Positions 51,672-61,825 of a DNA stretch of 64,000 nucleotides are shown here, piece by piece. The stretch is from Chiloscyllium plagiosum (lineage: Eukaryota). Each line of letters begins with the position of its first letter. Positions within the stretch are counted from its first letter, which is position 1. Made by a program: the position numbers and the translations under genes. The DNA is taken from contig NC_057719.1 of the NCBI RefSeq assembly GCF_004010195.1, positions 80,823,436 through 80,887,435 of the forward strand. Direction: 5' to 3'. A model generated the notes under the pieces. It searched no databases. It was not told where the DNA came from and saw only the letters and a program-made list of their open reading frames with translations.

Positions 51672-52387
51672 TGTAACATTAAAGGATTAAAGTGTACGGT
51701 CTTCCCCCAGAAGCTGAACATTCTGAAACTGGGTGGAGATGATATTCATGCAGGAATGTGAATGACTCCCACTTCATTTGGACAGGTCATTTACTACTAC
51801 TCCCTTACTATTATCAAATTAAACTCCCATTCTGTCCCTTCCATTCAGAAATGCTTTCATTGCCATCCCCAGCCAATCAATCAAATTTGTCCATGTGATC
51901 ATCCCCCGATACCGAAGCATATCACACCTACATTGTCTGGAGAAGTACCAGAGCCAGAACTCATTTGCAGGGTCACCCCAAAGCTAAGGCATATCAGAAT
52001 TACATTGTCTGGGGAATCACAGAGTCAGGAAATTGTTTGCATAACGACTCCCCAGGATTAGGGCATTTACATTTGCATTATCTCCAAAGATGATCTCATC
52101 CTACCACTATACCTGGGTAACATGTGGTTACGGGGTGGGGGCAGGGAGGGGGAGGGGGGTGGGTGGTGGAAGGTGGCCGGAGTACCTGTGAGCATTACCG
52201 ACTGACCTGTACAAAAGAGATGTGTTTTCTTTGTTCAGGGCCTCTTCAACTCGATTTTGCACACCTGCAAAGAGGTCAAAGGGGTCACTTAGCTTGTACA
52301 GGCTTTAATAAACTTTAACTGCTTGCAGAAGTTGGTGTGTGCGAACTGCATCTAGGTGTGAGAAACCTCGGGAAAAAGAACCTAACA
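51672..52387 (+). mobile_element. Probable solo LTR
   Basis: TGT...ACA ends, flanks ATTAA/ATTTA (4 of 5 match), internal 72-74 bp tandem repeats, and AATAAA about 75 bp before the end. Confidence 0.45.
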
Positions 52388-52396
52388 ATTTATCAG

Positions 52397-52720
52397 TGGG
52401 CAGCACAGTGGTTCAGTGGTTAGCATTGCTGCCTCAGCGCCAGGGTTATAGGTTCAATTCCAGCCTCGGGTGACTGTCTGTGTGGAGTTTGCACCTTCTC
52501 CCTGTGTCTGCGTGGGTTTCCTCTGGGTGCTCCGGTTACCTCCCACAGTCCAAAGATGTGCAGGTCAGGTGAATTGGCCATGCTAAATTGCCCATAGTGC
52601 ATTAGTAAGGGGTAAATGCAGGGTAAGGGAATGGGTCTGGGTGGGTTACCCTTCGTAGGGTCGGTGTGGACTTGTTGGGCCAAAGGGCTTGTTTCCATAC
52701 TGTAGTGAATCTCATCTAAC
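52397..52720 (+). mobile_element. HE1 SINE
   Basis: Full-length homology. Confidence 0.9.
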
Positions 52721-53359
52721 AATATTATGTACAAGATGCATGGTGGAAATTCACCAAAGTACCTTCCAAACCCACAACCATTTCCATTTAGAAGGACAAG
52801 GGCAGCAGATAGATGGGAACACCATCACCTTAGAGTTCCCCTCTAAGCCACTCACCATCCTTAGTTGGAAGTATTTCGCCTCTCCTTCATTGTCACTGGG
52901 TCAAAATCCTGGAATGCCCTCCTTAAATGGCATTGTGGCTCCATCCTCAGCAAGTGGGCTGCACCGGTCCAAGAAGGCAGCTCACCACCACCTTTCCAAG
53001 GGGCAAATAGGGACGGGCAATAAATGCCTGGCCAGCCAACAACGCCAAGTCCCACAAAAGAACTTTTTAAAAAAAAAGACATGATGGACAGGGGGAACAG
53101 AAGAGCAAGGAATTTGCAATATTGAATGAAGAATTAAATTATAGCAGTCTGGAGGGATCTATCTCAGAAAGAGCATCAATTGAGACCATGTAAGGAGAAA
53201 TAAAACTCATATGCAGCACATACGTTGTTGGGTGTGGACTGAGGCCCAAAACAAAGGGTAGAGGTTTGAATACATTGTTAATATTTCTGCGCTTTTCTGA
53301 AATTTGACTTTGTTGTTTGCTATCCAAAGATTAACCAGGGTAGATTGTGTGTTCAAGTA

Positions 53360-53700
53360 AGGGAGGGAGAAAAATTCTAAAACCGCATCCAAGAGAACTT
53401 TGGTTTAATAAAGCTGGCATGTAGAAAGCCCAAGATGAGAACGGGAAGGCACATCAGTAGGGGAACATTTTAGAGATAGTGACCATTACTCAGTTAGGTT
53501 TAGGCTGGTTATGGAAAAGGAGGAGGATGGGCCAGAAATAAAAACTCTGAACTGGGGAAGTGCCAATTTTACTATGATGGGGTACAAAGCGGCCCACGTC
53601 CAGTCATTGAAGGAACACAGAGAGGAGAGTAAAAAGACAAATACGTTCCTGAAGTGACAAAGACGGGGGTCAAAACCAGAAAACCTTGGAGGTCAAAAGA
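53360..53700 (+). mobile_element. CR1 endonuclease C-terminal remnant
   Basis: GEHFRDSDHYSVRFRLVMEK...LNWGSANF (SDH motif). Confidence 0.7.
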
Positions 53701-54341
53701 AATCCCCACCCCCACCGAAGACACTCCCTCACAATATGCTTATATGACAATCTAATCTAATATTAGAGTAGAGGCTGACAGTAGTGCAAGAGGGGTATTA
53801 GTTCATCACGTCCACACAGGTCAAAAACCACCACCTAATCAATCTAATCCCACTTTCCAACACTTACAGGTATGGAACTGCAAGTGTGGAATCAGGCCAT
53901 TCCGACATACCTACTGATCCTCCAAAACAGGATCCCACCAGTTGGGGGCAATCCACTCAACTCCTGTGTGAAGAGTGGAGACTGAAGCGTAATAGGACAG
54001 GCAATGCCCTTTAGAACCTCATTATTTCCGAATCACCATATAGGAGGCAAATTTGCGGAGGTACCACAAGAAATTCTAGGTAGATGCCAACAATCTCATA
54101 GGCCTTCTAGGATCACACCATCTCTTCAGCGTTGGACACTGCTGAAAGGCAGCCAGCGTGCGACACTGCTGGAAAGAAAGTTACTGGGGACGGGGGCAGG
54201 GAGTGCAAGCTAGAGAGCACTTACCCCATTTCCTCAGAAGGTGTTTGCCTCAGATGGCTGGTCAGGAAGCAGGCCATAATGGAACCTGCACTGATCTTTA
54301 GTGCCCTCTGTCAGTCAGTCAGATAGTGAGGAGACATCAAA

Positions 54342-54663
54342 ATTAGATTAGATTAGATTAGATTACGTACAGTGTGGAAACAGGCCCTTCGGACCAACAA
54401 GTCCACACCGACCCGCCGAAGCGCAACCCACCCATTCCCCTACATTTACCCCTTTACCTAACATTACTGGCAATTTAGCATGGCCAATCCACCTGACCTG
54501 CACATCTTTGGACAGTGGGAGGAAACCGGAGCACCCGGAGGAAAGCCATGCAGACACAGGGAGAACGTGCAAACTCCACACAGTCAGTCGCCTGAGTCGG
54601 GAATTGAACCCGGTTCTCTGGCGCTGTGAGGCAGCAGTGTTAACCACTGTGCCACCGTGCCGC
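54342..54663 (-). mobile_element. HE1 SINE (young)
   Basis: Full-length homology with (GATTA)n. Confidence 0.95.
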
Positions 54664-55639
54664 AAAATAATAAAGCAACTTCCTGATGACTGGTGAGAAA
54701 TGCAGATTTTCGTTTGTCTTTTCCCCGCACTAAGCTGCAACTGCCTCAGGAATTCTTGACAGCTGGCATTGAACTGTGCCAGTGCCAATTAATCATTTTA
54801 ACAGTCCAACACCCAGTTTGGATTGGGTTCATGTCGGTGGGCTCCTGGGTTAGGAAGATCGAAGTTCAAGACCTCACATTTTGCTTTAGACACATCTTCG
54901 ATAATTGAGGTGATAAGTGTGTCTTTGCTGATTGCTCTTGAAGAGGCACCTTTGAGACATATTCGACGTTGTTGAACTTTTCGGACCAAGGGACCATTTC
55001 CAGTCGCATGGCTGCCTGCGTGATGATATTATTAAGCTCTCGATGAATGAGTACATTCAGGGACGCCATCTTAGTTGGCACACCCTCAGTCTTGGGTCCT
55101 CATGGGAGAGCACAGACACAATGCTTCACATAAGTCTGGAGTCACATATAGGCCAGACCAGGGAAGGATGGTACATTTCCTTCCCTGAAGGACATTAGTG
55201 AACCAGGTGGGTTTTTCTAACAATTGACAATGGTTTCATGGTCTTCAGATTTTTTTAAAAAAAAATTGAATTCAAATTCCACCATTTGCCATGGCGGGTT
55301 TCTAACCTGGGTTCGAGTTTCTGGATTAATAAACTAGTGATAATCTGGGCCATGGTCTCTCCTTCACCAAGACACCCAGGTCCTCCAGGAGATGGGGGAA
55401 AAAAAAAGTCCTGAACAACATGGACTTGCCTATTTACAAAGATCTGACAAACATTCCATGAAAATATACTGTAAATGCTGCTGCCCGTTACTGGGGAGAC
55501 AGAAGCTGATGGGCATGTGTGTGTGGGCTCGTATCAAACCACCATCATGGTGGTGAAAATCATCGACCATAAAACACCAACCAGCTCAGCACTGAGCCAG
55601 CAGCTGGTCTCATTGACACTGCTTGTTTAAAATGCTTTT

Positions 55640-56437
55640 GGGTGGCGCAGTGACTCAGTGGTTCACACTGCTGCCTCACAGCGCCAGGGACCCAGATTCG
55701 ATTCCAACCTCAGGCGACTGTCTGGGGTTTGCCCATTCTCCCAGTGTCTGTGCGGATTTCCTGCGGACGCTCCAGTTTCTTCCACAGTCCAAAGATGCAC
55801 AGCTTAGGAGGACTGGCCATGCTAAATTGCCCGAAAGATGTTGTGAAACTTGAAAGAGTTCAGAAAAGATTTACAAGGATGTTGCCTGGGTTGGAGGATT
55901 TGAGCTAAAGAGAGGTTGAATAAGCTGGGCCTGTTTTCCCTGGAACATCGGAGACTGAGTGGTGACCTTGTAGAGATATATAAAATCATGAGAGGCATGA
56001 ATGGGATAAACAGACAAAAGTCTTTTCCCTGGGGAGTCCATAACGGAGGGCATTGGCTTAGTGTGAGAAGGGAAAGGTATAAAAGAGACCTAAGGGGCAA
56101 CATTTTCACAGAGGGTGGTACGTGTGTGGAATGAGCTGCCGGAGGAAGTGGTGGAGGCTGGTACAATTGCAACATTTAAAAGACATCTGGATGGGTATAT
56201 GAATAGGATGGGTTTGGAGGGATATGGGCCAGGTGCTGGCTGGTGGAACTAGATTGGGTTGGGATATCTGGTCAGCATGGATGAGTTTCCGTGCTGTACA
56301 TCTCTATGACTCTATGTCTAGGGATGTGCAGGCTAGGTCCATTAGCCATGGGAAATGCAGAGATAGAGTAATAGGGTGGCTTGGTGTCAACTTGAGGGGG
56401 ACAAATAGCTTGTTTCCACACTTTGTAGGAATTCTAT
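55640..56437 (+). mobile_element. HE1 SINE split by a HER1/CR1 3' end (55833-56316)
   Basis: The SINE stops at gctaaattgccc; the CR1 runs from gaaagatgttgtg to tctatgactctatg; the SINE resumes at ggatgtgcaggctagg. Confidence 0.85.
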
Positions 56438-57168
56438 AAATCAGACTTTTTGAAATAGGGACAAACTGACTACTTTAGTAGCAATATAATACTATACAAC
56501 ATGATTAGAGGTTACATAAACCAGCAGATCAGCCAAATTACAAATGAGCAGTGCCAGGGGATATCTGCTAGCCTCGTTTACCTCCTGCTATATCAATGTA
56601 TTCCTTCCTGTTTTCCATCTATCAATATTAGTTTTCTAAAGTATGGGAAGCAAATGTAGAACATTTCCCTTCCAATTCATATTCCACTAACACATTTTGG
56701 CAATGATTCTTTTGCCTTAAAGCCCAAGAAAAATCGATCAAAATATAATTTTACCACTGTGATATAATTCCTGGTTATTTCGCTGCTGTGATATAATGTG
56801 GTTATTAGTGACCACTGCCATATCAAATCAAACTGGGCTACTTTTCCAGGCATAGGTCCAATTCCCATCAACAAACATGCAATAAATCAGCTTAGTCACA
56901 GGATGTGAAGCAGCTACTCAGTTTGCTCTAAAAGAATTGTTCAAGTGTGGAAGGGGGCACGCATAGTGATTGCTCAGACACACACACACCACCTGCCTCA
57001 TCGGAAACCATTTGGGGGGGACAGCAGTTAAAATTATCTGGATGAGTTACATGTCATGGAGTTAATCTTTTTGACATGCTGCAAATCCCTATCCCAATAA
57101 CAGGATTCAAAATAAACATTTTTTCTGAGCATTCCTCTTGGAGATTTGTGTTTTTTGGTTTTCAGGAT

Positions 57169-57441
57169 TGGGCAGCACAGTGGCTCAGTGGATAGCACTG
57201 CTGCCTCACAGCGGCAGGGAGCCGGGTTCGATTCCAGCCTCGGGCGAATGTCCGTGTGGAGTCTGCACTTTCATCCACGTATCGAGATGAATTTCCTCCG
57301 GGTGCTCTAGTTTCCTCCCACAATCCAAAGGTGTGCAGGTTAGGTGGATCCAAGTGCGCGTTGTTGGAAAAGCACAGCAGGTCAGGCAGCATTCGAGGAG
57401 CAGGAAAATCAATGTTTCGGGCCAGAGCCCTTCATCAGGAA
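57169..57441. mobile_element. HE1 SINE 5' half (+) joined to a PLE piece (-, 57355-57441) that ends at a hammerhead
   Basis: Minus strand: ttc CTGATGA A GGGC-tctg-GCCC GAAA CATT GATT. Confidence 0.8.
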
Positions 57442-57459
57442 GTCTTCCCTATGGCTTGA

Positions 57460-57750
57460 ACATTAATCAGAAGGCTAATAGAATTTTGGCCTTTAACCAC
57501 TTGCGGGCCTGGCAAGCTAACTAATTCTACTTCATGCATAAGAACACCCAAGACCCTGTGTTGTGATTTTTGGAGTCTCACGCTATTTAAATAACAATCT
57601 GTCTTTTGATTCTTCCCACCAGTGTACATAATCTCACACTTGCATAGACTAAACTCCATCTGCCAAGTTTACCCACTGACTCAACTTATCCATATACCAT
57701 TGCAAATTCCTTCCACCCACATTACAAAATGCCCTCCCAATTAATTTTGC
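57460..57750 (-). mobile_element. Old CR1 RT fragment
   Basis: (WQ)MEFSLCKCEIMY.G.KN. Confidence 0.65.
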
Positions 57751-59614
57751 TGTCAGTTTTAAGTTTTTTCTTAAAAACTAATTAAGAAACTCTCCCATTT
57801 GTTCATTCTCATATTCAAATTGGGTGGCCTCATTTCCTCCCCCCCCCCCCCCCCCCACCCACACACAGTAAACTGAATTTGCCACTTTGCTAAGCCTGGT
57901 GACTTCCAATTCTCGCCACAGTCTCACAATTGACTGTGTTTCCTAGCTGTGTCTCCAGCAGGGAACCTACATATTGATCTGTATTGCTTGAGCCAAGTCA
58001 ACGAGTTTTGTGCTGAAAAGGGAAGTTCCAGTCCATATCCCTGGGGAACAGCACTCACATCAAATATATTTCTTAGATTACCCCTCCTTCTACAACCACA
58101 AAACGACATTACCTCCATATCCTTGCCCTTATCTAATGGAAAGCCAGTAAAGGTTTTTGAAGACAGTCCCTAACCAAAAGAGAAAACAAAAACACTTTAG
58201 TTTCTGTGAATAGCTGAGACCTCAAATTACGAGAGAAACAGGAAGCATATAAAAGACAGAGCCATGAATTTAGCTGTGAACCTAGGTTGCCAGCAACCGA
58301 TTGTTCTTTTCCCAAAAGGTTGTCTGGGATTAATTTTCAGATGGGGCTTGAACGTGGCAATGAAAAGCTGCGAGAGTGCACAGGCATTCTGAAAAGGCTG
58401 GATGTTCATTTTTAACCTAGAATCCATAATGGTAGGAGATTCTGTGGAAGTGCACCTCCTTTTCGTGACAATCGGACCGGTCATCTTGGATGGAGCTTTC
58501 AGATGTTCCTTGATGATCACGACCCAGCCCGAAGAGAAAGGAGTTGAACTCTGCTTGAGGAATGCAGAGCTGTGAAAAGTTACATATGGTGTCATTTCTG
58601 TTGAGGGGAAAACTGTCAGCAAATGCGCGAGATCTACTTTTATTTCGTTAGCTGTTTAAAGTGCAGTTTACAACTTTACTGAACGCAAATAGATCAAAAT
58701 GTGGGAAGAATGTTAAACAAGTTTGTAGACAACGCCAAGATCTGTAGGGTGGTTACTAGTAAAGAAGATGATTGCAAGTGACTGGAAGATAGATGGGTTG
58801 GTCAGATTGGCAGACCAGTGGCAGATGGTATTTAACCCTGGTAAGTGCAAGATGATGCACTTTGGAAAAAGAAACAAAGGTGAGGGAGTATTTAATGAAT
58901 GGGAAAACACTGGGCTGCTCAGAGGAACAGAGGGATCTTTGGGTAGATCCCTGAAGTAGACAGAGCCACGTGATTAGGATAGTTAAGAAGGCATATGGGA
59001 TGTTTGTTTTCAATTGTGGTATAGAGTACAAGGGAAAGGAGGTAATGGTGGAGTTGTACAGACTGTTGGTCAGGCCACAGCTGGAGTAGTGTGTAGTTCT
59101 GGTCATCTCACCAAAGGAAGGATGTGATAGCACTAGAGGGGATACAGAGGAAATTCAACAGGATGTTGTCTGGGTTGGAGCAATTGAGCTAGAAGGGGAG
59201 ACCAGATAGGCTTGGATTGTTTTCTCTAGAACAGAGAAAACTGAGGGGAGTCATGATTGAGATGTAATTATATGAGGGAATGGGTAGGGAGCAATGTTTT
59301 CCCTTGTTGAGGGGGCATAGGGTAAGAGGAAGGAGATTTAGAGGGGATTTAAGAAAAAATGTTTTTCACCAAGTGGGTGCTGGGAATCTGGAATGTACTG
59401 TCTGGGAAGGTAGTGGAGGCTGGAAACCTTAAAAAAATTGGACAATCACTTCAAATATAACAATATTCAAAGGATATAGGACAAGTGCTGGAAATTGGTA
59501 TGAGTGCGCCTTTAATGGTAGTCATGATTCGGAGATGCCGGTGTTGGACTGGGGTGTACAAAGTTAAAAATCACACAACACCAGGTTATAGTCCAACAGG
59601 TTTAATTGGAAGCA

Positions 59615-59649
59615 CACTAGCTTTCGGAGCGACGCTCCTTCATCAGGTG
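59615..59649 (-). ncRNA. Minimal type I hammerhead, intact (AGCU type)
   Basis: Exact reverse complement of 59827-59861. Confidence 0.8.
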
Positions 59650-59826
59650 ATTGTGGAGGGCTCGATCGTAACACAATTTATAGCAAAGATTTGCAGTGTG
59701 ATGTAACTGAAATTATACATTGAAGAATTCTTCAATGTATAATTTCAGTTACAATGTATAATTTCAGTTACATCACACTGCAAATTTTTGCTATAAATTC
59801 TGTGTTACGATCGAGCCCTCCACAAT

Positions 59827-59861
59827 CACCTGATGAAGGAGCGTCGCTCCGAAAGCTAGTG
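59827..59861 (+). ncRNA. Minimal type I hammerhead, intact (AGCU type)
   Basis: CAC | CTGATGA | A | GGAGC-gtc-GCTCC | GAAA | GCTA | GTG. Predicted cut after the CUA triplet (A59858). Confidence 0.8.
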
Positions 59862-61501
59862 TGCTTCCAATTAAACCTGTTGGACTATAACCTGGTGTTG
59901 TGTGATTTTTAACCTTTAATGGTAGTTATTGTCAGTGCAAGGCTGAAAGGCCCTTTCTGCGCAATATGACTATGACTTGAAATTACCCATCAATTCATGC
60001 TCAATTTATGCAGAGTTTAGTTCGTTTGTTACATTGAAGGATTTTTTTTGTAAAAAAAAAAGTGAAATCTCAGTCACTGTACTTTTCCATTTGGGAATTT
60101 TGCTTATTGAGTCCATTTGCCGAGGCAAGTGATTGTGACCAATAAAGAACCATTCACTCAACCATATTAGTGACCTTCCGAAAATACTCTACTCGGGATC
60201 AGCACAGATGGCCTATCTTCTACACACCTGGGATGTGGGTCTCTAACCAGTTCATGTGTCTAAGTATCCAACCACCCTATTCCTCATTGCAGATCTTAGC
60301 AACTTGTCCCCATGAAGTTAGATTGAGCGTAACTCATGAGCTTAACTCATTTCTCCTACACTCATAATGGAGGATCATTTCCAATCGAATGGAAAATTAA
60401 GAACTGCAAGTCTACAGATCATAGGATATGAGTGCACGTGGTAGTCTATTGAAACAAGAATTGCCAATCGAGTCTTTTAACCTGGGTAGATTGCTTTACT
60501 ATGGTTACTAGACTGTGGACCTGGTTGGCTGGGAAACTTTCCTGCCCTTACAACCTGCCACAGGCACATCAGAAGGATTTACACAGATTGATAAATGTTA
60601 AACCATGTTATTGAGCACATTCCAAGGTCATCAAGTCTTGAGATAGGACGTGAACCCCGAGATAGGGAAGCTACCTGCTGTCCCTCAAGTCAGCCATTCT
60701 TTCAATAACTGGGACAGAATCCATCAGGATTTGGATGTTTTTTGTCCTATTACTTTTCCTATTAACATTCTCTGTACTCAGCTTTCTCCTTTGATTCATT
60801 CTTAGTTTCTCCATGCCCTCGGCATTTTATCCTCTGATAAACAACTTGAAGAGGAACAGAGAATATTCATTTAACAAGACTGCCATTTCCTTATTGCCAA
60901 TTACAATGTAAGCAAACGTCTGCCTTTAATGGGCCTCATTCCCCACGCCATCTCTCTTTCTCCTAATGTATTTACTGAAGATTTTATTATTGGCTTTGAC
61001 ATTCCTTGCAAACTTTTCTTGCATTCGTTTTTGCACTTATTGCTTTCTTGCACTCTTCATCTTTTTTTAAATAGCTCTTTCAGTTCACTGCAATTCCACT
61101 TTGTGTAGTCATGTAAAACACTCATGCTTCTGACTCATGCTTCTTATGACAATAATGAGCAAAACTGAGTCACTCATCAAGTAATCTAAGCCCCCAAAAT
61201 CCTAGCCTAATGTATGTCTCCAATGTCTCTTACAAAGGCTCTCATTAAAAAAATCAAGTGAACATCTCATCAACATTAAAACTGATCTGGACTGATTTAA
61301 ATAATGACAATAGTCGTTTTTTAATAAAAAAAACATTTTAACTTGGACTTTTTTTCCCTGCACTGTTCCCTTTTATCAAGATAGTCTCCAGTGATGAAAT
61401 TATCAGTGCTTCTAGCTGAGTTTGAACAATGATGCTCACTGTACTAATTATTGTCACATATATTTTGTTACAAAAAACACATGTCATGTGTGGTACAGTG
61501 T

Positions 61502-61825
61502 TAGAGTAGATTCCCTACAGTGTGGAAACAGGCCCTTTGGCCCAACAAGTCCACACCGACCCTCCAAAGAGTAACCCACCCAGACCCAGTCCCCTACATT
61601 TACCCCTGACTAATGCACCTAACACTATGGGTAATTTAGTATGGCCAATTCACCTGACCTGCACATCTTTGGACTGTGGGAGGAAACCGGAGCACCCGGG
61701 GGAAATCCACGCGGACACGGGGAGAATGTGCAAGCTCCACACAGACAGTTGCCCGAGGTGGAAATCGAACCTGGGTTCCTGGCACTGTGAGGCAGCATTG
61801 CTAACCACTGAGCCACCGTGCCACC
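61502..61825 (-). mobile_element. HE1 SINE
   Basis: Full-length homology. Confidence 0.92.

Larger units (their letters stand above)
59523..59912. mobile_element. PLE fold-back: spacerless ~350-bp palindrome (59563-59913) with 40-bp tail and perfect 14-bp TSD
   Basis: CCTTTAATGGTAGT at 59509-59522 and 59913-59926. Axis in cattgaagaa|ttcttcaatg (59727/59728). The right arm has a 19-nt tandem duplication. Confidence 0.92.
58700..59975 (+). mobile_element. CR1 RT 3' remnant interrupted by a PLE palindrome
   Basis: KFVDNAKI, ADQWQMVFNPGKCKMMHFG and LVRPQLE. Confidence 0.85.

Noticed and set aside
58227..58622. 131-aa - strand ORF in unique sequence
   Set aside because: It has a non-ATG start, no recognisable motif and no convincing splice sites.
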